Of a stretch of DNA of 18,087 nt, positions 7,637 through 14,793 are shown piece by piece. Source of the DNA: an uncultured Bacteriovoracaceae bacterium. Its GTDB lineage: Bacteria; Bdellovibrionota; Bacteriovoracia; Bacteriovoracales; Bacteriovoracaceae. Every line of letters starts with the position of its first letter. Position 1 is the first letter of the stretch. A model generated the notes under the pieces. The model had not been told where the DNA came from. It ran no database searches and saw only the letters and a list, made by a program, of their open reading frames with translations. The translations under genes were made by a program, and so were the position numbers. The stretch lies in contig CAXGUD010000064.1 in NCBI GenBank assembly GCA_964012805.1, positions 1 to 18,087 on the forward strand, written 5' to 3'.

Positions 7637-8869
7637 TTAAAGGCTTTTACCCTCTGAAGCGTCCTGTCCATAAACTTCTATGAGAAGCTTATCAAACCAT
7701 AAAAGCCTTTTATATCCGAAATGTCCTCCCGAAGGAAGCATCATCAAATGATTTGTAGCAAGAAGCTTTGAATTCACTTCCTCGTTGATCATATCGTCAA
7801 TAGAAGATAGTATCCGGATATCCTTCCTCCCATTTTCGATGGCCCTAAAAATCCAATAGGAAAGCTTCCTTTCTTGACTGGACCTAAGGTCTTTAAAGCC
7901 CTTTGAATCAATGAGGCCAAGCGCATCTTGAAAAGTAAGCCCTTCTAAAAACTTTCTTGTTTCCGCTCTCCCCTCCGGGAGGCCTAAACTCTTAACACTA
8001 CTGTTATAAGAAAGGAGCATTCTTTCTAACTTCATTTTAAAACCAAAGTCCGCAAAAACGCCCAAAGACTTTTCTTTAATCCTTTGACCAACCTGATCAT
8101 TTTTTTCAAGTCTATTTATTTGAAAACTTGTCATAAGATAACTTGGAATATTCCCAAATGTTTTATCCTTTTTGGCCTCATCAAGTATGGAATCAAGTTT
8201 TTCAAAGGTTTTAACAAAATCAAAGGGTGGTGAATAAACATGAAGACCTTTATTAAACAAGGGGGCTTTTTCAGCGGAATCGAGGGCGTAAATTATGGAG
8301 CCTAAAAAGCCTCCATAGCTTTGCCCAAAAAGAGTAATATTCTGGTTCACTTTTCCTTGCTTCACTAATTCCTGGTGAACTTTTTTGATGGCCTCATAAT
8401 AGACCCTCCCTTGAGTTTTTAGGTCGAAAAATGGGAATTGAGGGGACCTTGAAATAGAGCAATCACAAATGAAGTTTTCGAAAGAAAGTACCCTATAACC
8501 TAAACGAATAAATCTTTTATGAAAGTTTTTTGTGATATTTGAGAAAAGCTTTGAAAAAGACCCCCCGATATATACAAGAAGGGGTCTTTTTTGTTGATCA
8601 CCATACTCCTCCCCCAAAAGGTAAGGAATTTCCCCAGTTTGAAAGTGAGAGCTAGGAATAAAGTATTTTCTTATTTTATTGTTTTGTTTTATGGGTTGAT
8701 CGTATTGAACTCTAGAGATGTGGGATTTAATCGATGTTATGTAGGGGTCTGTAAGCTCAGGGTTATACGTTTCTAAGAGAGCCCTTTCTTTCGCCTTCCA
8801 ACCTGAGGCACGAGTGGAATTTAAATTAAAAATACAAAAAAGGCACACTAGTAAAAATCTAATTTTCAT
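7637..8869 (-). CDS. Secreted alpha/beta-hydrolase (lipase/esterase-like)
   Basis: Signal peptide. Nucleophile elbow GQSYG, acid in SSIDD, His in GGHFG, in canonical Ser-Asp-His order. Confidence 0.78.
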   Translation of the reverse strand: MKIRFLLVCLFCIFNLNSTRASGWKAKERALLETYNPELTDPYITSIKSHISRVQYDQPIKQNNKIRKYFIPSSHFQTGEIPYLLGEEYGDQQKRPLLVYIGGSFSKLFSNITKNFHKRFIRLGYRVLSFENFICDCSISRSPQFPFFDLKTQGRVYYEAIKKVHQELVKQGKVNQNITLFGQSYGGFLGSIIYALDSAEKAPLFNKGLHVYSPPFDFVKTFEKLDSILDEAKKDKTFGNIPSYLMTSFQINRLEKNDQVGQRIKEKSLGVFADFGFKMKLERMLLSYNSSVKSLGLPEGRAETRKFLEGLTFQDALGLIDSKGFKDLRSSQERKLSYWIFRAIENGRKDIRILSSIDDMINEEVNSKLLATNHLMMLPSGGHFGYKRLLWFDKLLIEVYGQDASEGKSL

Positions 8870-9070
8870 AGTTTTCCCTTGTAAATTTCAAAAGGGATTT
8901 TTATCAATAATTCGATCACTCGGCAAGAGTATGCCAATTCAGTTTTTTGTTTTTGGGAATAAAGAGGTGAAACTGCAACACGAAGCAAAAAAAAAGATAG
9001 GCAGTGCCCAGTAAAGCCATTTTACAAGGAACCGCAGAGAAAACTAGTCCCCTTAGACGGACTTTATCCT

Positions 9071-9475
9071 TTATTTTTTGCCTTCCACCAATGCATTCAC
9101 GATACCGATAAAATGAGGAGCTTTTTCTTCTGAAACAGGTTTTATAAACCAGGCCCTTACACCGAGCTGTTTTCTCTTTTTATCCATAATATTTTCATGT
9201 TTTTTATCTGTAATAAACTCAGTGGTAAGCATTATCTTTGGTGCGTCCACGGCCATTTTATCGTTGGCCAGACGTTCCAACATTTCGATGCCTGTCATAT
9301 TTGGCATATTTAAATCTGTTATAATCAGATGGCAATCAGGATTCTTTTTTATGACCTCGATTCCCTCAACGCCATCACTGGCCTGTTCGACTACAAACCC
9401 TGCATTCACCAAATACCTTTGTAGAGTTTCCCGAACTAGGGGGTCATCGTCTATTGTTATTATTTTAAATGACAT
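9071..9475 (-). CDS. Single-domain CheY-like response regulator
   Basis: Start moved to ATG 9475 (AAGGGA RBS). Acidic pocket TIDDD, phosphoacceptor IITDLNMP, MLTTE, WFIKP. No output domain. Confidence 0.9.
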   Translation of the reverse strand: MSFKIITIDDDPLVRETLQRYLVNAGFVVEQASDGVEGIEVIKKNPDCHLIITDLNMPNMTGIEMLERLANDKMAVDAPKIMLTTEFITDKKHENIMDKKRKQLGVRAWFIKPVSEEKAPHFIGIVNALVEGKK

Positions 9476-9618
9476 AATTCCCTTTCTTTTCATCGGCAGT
9501 GCCAATGGCCTCAGCCATTGTTGAAACTTTTTTAATTAAATCACAAAGTTTTTGCTTTCAATAACCAATTTCAATTTTTAATTTTTAATCCCTTTTACTT
9601 TGTTTTTTTATAACCCGC

Positions 9619-10200
9619 TTAAAGCCTCTCCTCAATCATAAAAATTCGGTCTTGCCCCCAATACATTTCATCGCCTAAAAACATCGTTGGAGCTCCAAAA
9701 AGACCTTTCTCCACAGCTTCTCCCGTCCGTTTTTTAAGTTCGTCTTTAACTGACTGATCACTGGAAAGAGCATGGATTTTATTAAAGTTAAAGCCGCCTT
9801 TTTCAATAACTTCTTTAACCGTTTCCGGGTCTCCCATATTTTTTTTATCACGCCAGAATGCCCTGAAAAGAAGATCATTAAAATCGACAAAGCGCTTATC
9901 TCCCATCATCCCAACTGCTCCTCTCATTAAATTGAGAGTATTAATAGGAAAGTAAGGATTAAAATCGTAATCAAGACCATACCTTTTAGCGTAGCGTATA
10001 ATATCCTCAAACATATATTTCCCTTTCGCAGGTATATTTGCAGGAGCACTGTTTCCTATGGCCTTAAAAATTCCTCCTAAAAGGATGGGCCGGTAATCGA
10101 TTTTTAACTTCCCCTCTTCCTCCAACTGCCTCAATTTATAAAAGGCCAAGTAGCAAGTAGGGCTCCCAAAATCATAATAAAATTCTACTACTTTTGACAT
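9619..10200 (-). CDS. 2-hydroxychromene-2-carboxylate isomerase-like / GST-kappa (DsbA-fold) protein
   Basis: Start moved to ATG 10200 (GGGGAG RBS). Motifs FYYDFGSPTCYLA, PILLGGIF, FPINT, GLFGAPT, WGQDR are characteristic of the HCCA isomerase/GST-kappa family. Confidence 0.9.
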   Translation of the reverse strand: MSKVVEFYYDFGSPTCYLAFYKLRQLEEEGKLKIDYRPILLGGIFKAIGNSAPANIPAKGKYMFEDIIRYAKRYGLDYDFNPYFPINTLNLMRGAVGMMGDKRFVDFNDLLFRAFWRDKKNMGDPETVKEVIEKGGFNFNKIHALSSDQSVKDELKKRTGEAVEKGLFGAPTMFLGDEMYWGQDRIFMIEERL

Positions 10201-10210
10201 ATTCTCCCCT

Positions 10211-10936
10211 TTACCATTTTTCGCACCAAGGACGCAGGTCTGACTCGAAAGTCCAAGCATCAGGACTTTGAAGGTGTATTTGATAATAAAATTCCGCTAT
10301 AGAGTCTGGTTTAACAATATCATCTGTTTGCCTATTTGGTTTCATTTGAGGAAGAATTTGTCTTACAAATTCAGTGTCAACTGCTGCATCAATCACAACA
10401 TGGGCGACATGAACTCCCTGAGGCATAATTTCCCTGGCAAGACTCTGGGCCACAGCACGGAGGCCGCTTTTGGCGCTTGCAAAGGCTCCAAAGCCTGCGG
10501 CCCCTCTCAAACTGGCCGTCGCCCCTGTAAAGATGATTGTTCCTTTTTTTCGTGGGACTAAGTATTTCGCGGCTTCACGTCCCGTGAGAAAACCACCAAA
10601 GCAGGCCATTTCCCAGATTTTATAAAACTTCTTCGTTGGCGTTTCGGCAATTTTCATGGGGACGTTAGCACCCACATTAAAAACCACCACTTCAAGTGGC
10701 GCGATGTCGGCTTCAATTTTTGAAAAGAGGCCTATAATTTCATCTTCCTTACGAGCATCACACTTTATGGCCTAGGCCTTGTGGCCCTCTTTTTGAAGTT
10801 CGGAAATAACGTTTGCAATCTTTTCCGGATTCCTCCTAACACCTACCGTATTATAACCGGCCCTGGAAAACCTTTTTAAAATGGCCGAACCAATCGCATC
10901 TCCTGCTCCAACAATTAAAGCTGACCTCTCACTCAT
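10211..10936 (-). pseudogene. Short-chain dehydrogenase/reductase (atypical FxxxK subgroup) interrupted by one in-frame TAG at 10774-10772
   Basis: ATG 10936 with GAGGA RBS gives MSERSALIVGAGDAIGSAILKRFSRAGY...EGHKA*AIKCDARKEDE...LEVVVFNVGAN..., in frame with the 10211-10690 track ORF. 241 codons including the TAG. Gly-rich motif GAGDAIG, FTGATASLRG, AFASAK. Confidence 0.85.
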
Positions 10937-11246
10937 AAAGTTTCCTCAATCTAAAGCTGAAAGTGGGAAGAAAAAATATTTCACTTTTTGCTCTCTTCTC
11001 ACCTTTCAGAGAAGAGCACCAATGGAATTTTCTCATATTATTTTTATTTTTAGGATAGTTTCTTAGATATTTCTTTTTATAATTGAAATTGAAAGGGCCC
11101 TCATAACTTTTTTTAAAAGATTCTACTAAGTCTATTCCTTTTGAAAATACTTTCAATTGGACCAATTATTTTTCTCGTACTTTTGAAGAATGAATTGTAT
11201 TTCTTATGTCTTTCATGACAAAGACTTTCTCTTACAGGTGGTAGAA

Positions 11247-12419
11247 ATGGATATTGAAAAAATAAGAAACAATACTTTAGGTTGCAACCAAGTAGTCCAT
11301 TTTAATAATGCTGGCAGCTCCCTTCCACCAAACTGTGTCACAGAAACCGTCGTCAATTACCTTAAAGAGGAAGGTCAAAATGGTGGCTACGAATCTTTTG
11401 AAAAAGAACTTCCCCGTCTGGAGTATGTTTACGACCAAGTTTCTGGCCTTATTAATGCAGAGAGAGAAGAAATTGCTTTAATGGAAAGTGCCACAGTGGC
11501 ATGGAATTCCATTTTCTATTCCTTAGATTGGAAAAAAGGCCGAGTGGTTTTAACAGGTCAAACTGAATATGCCAGTAATTTCATTTCTTACCTCAAACTT
11601 AAAAAAGAAAGGGGAATCATTATTGAAGTCCTTCCTCAAAGTGAAGAAGGTGATGTATGCCTTAAGGCCCTTGAGGCAAGACTTCAAAAAGGCGGCGTGA
11701 CTTTAATTTCCCTTTCCCACATACCGACAAACGGTGGTCTCATTCAACCTGTGTCAAAAATTGGTCTCCTCGCCCAAAAATATAAGGTCCTTTTCCTTTT
11801 GGATGCGTGCCAAAGTGTAGGTCAATGTCCCATTGATGTCCAAAAAATTCAATGTGACTTTTTAACTGCGACTGGAAGAAAGTATTTAAGGGGTCCCAGG
11901 GGTACAGGCTTCCTCTACGTCAAAAAGAAACACTTTTCCTGGCTTAAACCTTTTACACTTGACCTCTATTCGGCGAACCTTACGTCCAAGGAAACTTACG
12001 AAATTAGAAAAGATGCGAGAATGTTTGAAACTTGGGAATCATCACCTGCTTTAAGATTAGGTCTTGGAAAGGCTTGTGATTACGCCCAAAAACAGGACAT
12101 TTCCAAAACCTTTGAAAGAATTCAAAAATTAGGTCACACACTTAGAAAAGAGTTAGAAAAAGTTGAAGATTGCCTGGTCCACGACATAGGAAAAGAAAAG
12201 GGAGGTATAGTTTCTTTTAGTTTGAAAGGTAAGAATCCAATCAAAGTCAAAGAGGAGCTCTCCAAAAGAAAGGTCAATACCTCAGTAAGCTATAAAACAT
12301 CAACATTTTGGGATATGGAAGAGCGTGGTTTAGGCGATATATTAAGGGCCTCTGTTCACTATTATAATACAGAAGAGGAAATCCTCTCCTTTATCAATAT
12401 TTTAAAGTGCCTTCCATAA
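11247..12419 (+). CDS. Class V PLP-dependent enzyme, probable EgtE-like hercynylcysteine sulfoxide C-S lyase
   Basis: Start moved to ATG 11247 (AGGTGG RBS; MDIEKIR). Motifs HFNNAGSS, DACQSVGQ, PLP-Lys in ATGRKYLRGPRGTG, RASVHYYNT. Lacks the SufS RxGHHCA / IscS SSGSAC catalytic Cys loop. Abuts egtD. The fold is secure; the EgtE role is contextual. Confidence 0.8.
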   Translation: MDIEKIRNNTLGCNQVVHFNNAGSSLPPNCVTETVVNYLKEEGQNGGYESFEKELPRLEYVYDQVSGLINAEREEIALMESATVAWNSIFYSLDWKKGRVVLTGQTEYASNFISYLKLKKERGIIIEVLPQSEEGDVCLKALEARLQKGGVTLISLSHIPTNGGLIQPVSKIGLLAQKYKVLFLLDACQSVGQCPIDVQKIQCDFLTATGRKYLRGPRGTGFLYVKKKHFSWLKPFTLDLYSANLTSKETYEIRKDARMFETWESSPALRLGLGKACDYAQKQDISKTFERIQKLGHTLRKELEKVEDCLVHDIGKEKGGIVSFSLKGKNPIKVKEELSKRKVNTSVSYKTSTFWDMEERGLGDILRASVHYYNTEEEILSFINILKCLP

Positions 12420-13391
12420 AGCGTTTAGAAAGTATCTTTTTGAATCCGTAAAATGATCAACAACTCCAAATTGGCATTTTTCAGACAACTCAACACTCTC
12501 CTGCGGAGTATACTTCCACGAATACTCCGTATGGATAGGTTCATGGGCCCTAAAGAAAAATGTCCTGTCATCCTCTTTAAAAAGAACTTTTTGATTTTTT
12601 GTGGAAATAAGATAACTCTCCATCGTTCCTTTAATTGGATCATAAGTTCCAAAATGCTTAAAAGATTCAAGGTTAAAATTGGAGCTTAGCTCCCTATTCA
12701 TTCTTTCCAATAAATTGAGATTAAACTGAGAAGTCAGTCCCTTGGAATCGTTATAGGCCTTCAAAAGAACCGAAATGTCTTTTTTTAAATCAAGCCCAAT
12801 AAAAAGAAAGTCATCAAGGTTTAAAGCATTTCTAATTTCTTTTAAAAAAAGTGTCGCCTGATCCTGAGGGAAGTTTCCTAGATTTGACCCCAGAAAAAGA
12901 ACGAGGTTCCTTCCCTTTTTATGTTCCCTAACCCATTTAAGCCCTGGTGAGTACTCCCCTACGACGCCAAAAGTTTTGAGTTCGGGGAAGTTTTGTTTGA
13001 GGTCATCGAGAAGACTTTTTATCGCAAAAGAGGAAATATCGATGGGGATATACTCAACATCCCTTTTCGATTTTAGGATTTCTTCGAGGAGAACCTTTGT
13101 CTTCTGCCCATCACCAGCTCCAAGCTCAATAATATTAATTTTTCCGTAGGCAGGAATTTTGGAGATAATGGACTCTTTATGGTTTGCAAAGATATTGTAT
13201 TCACACTTTGTAGGATAGTATTCATCAAGGTTTGTAATATCAGAAAAGATTTGACTTCCTTGATCGTCATAAAAAAACTTTGAAGGCAGGCTTTTTGGAC
13301 TTTTGGAAAGACCGTTGAACACCTCTTCTTTAAAAGCCGTCTTCTGATCGTCTTTTCCCTTTTCTTCAGAAAGGATAACCGTATTATTCAT
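12402..13391 (-). CDS. egtD: L-histidine N-alpha-methyltransferase (ergothioneine biosynthesis)
   Basis: Motifs KSLPSKFFYDDQGSQIF, EYYPTKCE, ELGAGDGQKT (SAM binding), FLGSNLGNF, AYNDSKG..FNLNLL, IHTEYSWKY. Starts 14 nt after the egtB stop, with AAGGA RBS. Confidence 0.95.
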   Translation of the reverse strand: MNNTVILSEEKGKDDQKTAFKEEVFNGLSKSPKSLPSKFFYDDQGSQIFSDITNLDEYYPTKCEYNIFANHKESIISKIPAYGKINIIELGAGDGQKTKVLLEEILKSKRDVEYIPIDISSFAIKSLLDDLKQNFPELKTFGVVGEYSPGLKWVREHKKGRNLVLFLGSNLGNFPQDQATLFLKEIRNALNLDDFLFIGLDLKKDISVLLKAYNDSKGLTSQFNLNLLERMNRELSSNFNLESFKHFGTYDPIKGTMESYLISTKNQKVLFKEDDRTFFFRAHEPIHTEYSWKYTPQESVELSEKCQFGVVDHFTDSKRYFLNALWKAL

Positions 13392-13405
13392 AAAGAAATG
13401 TCCTT

Positions 13406-14677
13406 TTAATGATCTTCAGCAAGCCTTATCCCGCCGAAACACCACCTCTTTTCGGGGCGATAAAAATTTCTATAGGTTTTTCTAATATGGTCCTTTGGAG
13501 TTGCCAGGCAACCACCTCTAAGCACCATCTGCCCACTCATAAACTTTCCATTGTATTCGCCCATAGGCCCTCCCAACCTCCTATAACCAGGGTAAGGAGA
13601 ATAACTCGAATCAGTCCACTCCCACGTGCTTCCAAAGAGGTCATAAAATGGCGGTTGGTTATTTACTGGAGGCGCTAGTTGAAAGTCCTCCCTTTCTAAA
13701 AAGTGACCTTCTATACTTTCACTCTCAGTTAAAGAAGCGGCCATCTCCCACTCCTTTTCCGTTGGAAGCCTTTTTCCTGACCACCGTGCATAGGCGGAAG
13801 CCTCAAAATAGGAAACATGGCACAAAGTTTGGTGAGGGTCAACAGTTTGAACACCTTGAAGACCAGCTACTAACCAATCCCCTTCTTTTTGAAACCAGTA
13901 AAGGGGTGCCTTAATCTTTTCACGGTTGATAAAATCCCAGCCATCGCTATGCCAAAAGTTAGGGTTTTCATAGCCACCCTCGCTCATAAACTCTAAAAAC
14001 TCTCCGTTAGTTACAGGATGCGTAGAGAGCTTAAAAGGATGAAGGTAGGCCTTGTGGAGAGGTCCTTCATTATCATAAGAAAAGTTATCCCCATCATTTC
14101 CGAAAGAATAAAGTCCTCCAGAAAGCGAATGGAGTTTTGGTCGACAAGGTCTAGAATGCTCAGAATCCTCACAGGAGGAAGGGGTTTTATTATTTTCCAA
14201 ATAAAAAGGGACCAGAGGGTTTTCGGCCAAAATATATTTAATATCCATGACTAGGAGCTCTTGATGCTGCTTTTCATGCTCAATGCCAAGAGTCGTCATT
14301 TTTTTAATATACTTAAAGTTTTCTTCCGGCGCCTTGTCAATAAGAGCAACCATTTTTTCATCAACTTCTTTTCTATACTCGTAAATCTCTTTAACTGTTG
14401 GTCTAGAAAGGTTTCCTCGTTCCCCTTGATTCCAGTGCTCCCCCAGAGATTTGTAATAAGAATTAAAGAGTGTGTGGAAAAGAGGGTGAAATGGTGTTGC
14501 TTCGTGCAGTATAAACTTTTCAAAAAACCATGTTGTGTGACCTAAGTGCCACTTCGGAGGGCTTACATCAGGGTGAGGCTGGACCACATAGTCTTCTACT
14601 TCCAAAGGAAGGCAAAGCTTAACGGATTGTTTCCGGGTCTTTAAAAAGTGTTCTATGAGAACCTTTTTATCTAACAT
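13406..14677 (-). CDS. egtB: Ergothioneine biosynthesis sulfoxide synthase (DinB + FGE-sulfatase-like domains)
   Basis: Iron-ligand His motifs SPPKWHLGHTTWFFE and EHEKQHQELL. NSYY and RGNLSRP. FGE-like HVSYFEA, RLPTEKEWE, WEWT, YNGKFM, RNFY, GIRLA. Confidence 0.95.
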   Translation of the reverse strand: MLDKKVLIEHFLKTRKQSVKLCLPLEVEDYVVQPHPDVSPPKWHLGHTTWFFEKFILHEATPFHPLFHTLFNSYYKSLGEHWNQGERGNLSRPTVKEIYEYRKEVDEKMVALIDKAPEENFKYIKKMTTLGIEHEKQHQELLVMDIKYILAENPLVPFYLENNKTPSSCEDSEHSRPCRPKLHSLSGGLYSFGNDGDNFSYDNEGPLHKAYLHPFKLSTHPVTNGEFLEFMSEGGYENPNFWHSDGWDFINREKIKAPLYWFQKEGDWLVAGLQGVQTVDPHQTLCHVSYFEASAYARWSGKRLPTEKEWEMAASLTESESIEGHFLEREDFQLAPPVNNQPPFYDLFGSTWEWTDSSYSPYPGYRRLGGPMGEYNGKFMSGQMVLRGGCLATPKDHIRKTYRNFYRPEKRWCFGGIRLAEDH

Positions 14678-14793
14678 TTAGTATTCTCTGTGTAAGGTAT
14701 CCTTAAGGGGATCACCCTAGAAAAGTGGGGGTCATAAGTAAATGAATGGTGAGTTAATCAAACAAAAAGCGGAAATAATGCATTGAAAAAAAT

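Noticed and set aside
8922..8937. Sigma54-like TTGGCATACTCTTGC on the minus strand
   Set aside because: Only 9 nt separate GG and GC; sigma54 promoters require 10.
9046..9063. AGTCC/GGACT hairpin after the CheY gene
   Set aside because: The 5-bp stem and interrupted U-tract are too weak to call a terminator.
10211..10936. Genome-wide TAG reassignment (alternative genetic code)
   Set aside because: No other gene in the window needs TAG read as sense across several thousand codons. One instance fits a point mutation or error better.
10929..11165. 78-aa minus-strand ORF upstream of the SDR
   Set aside because: Low-complexity Lys/Phe-rich translation of an AT-rich divergent promoter spacer. 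The SDR has its own RBS and ATG at 10936.
11247..12419. Cysteine desulfurase (SufS/IscS) call
   Set aside because: The persulfide-forming Cys motif is missing and no suf/isc genes are nearby.
13406..14677. Selenoneine (SenA) or ovothiol (OvoA) synthase
   Set aside because: No selD-like or senB gene nearby and no fused C-terminal methyltransferase. Motifs and egtD linkage fit EgtB.
14678..14793. Possible riboswitch in the egtB leader
   Set aside because: Only short 4-bp stems; no SAM or other aptamer consensus recognised.
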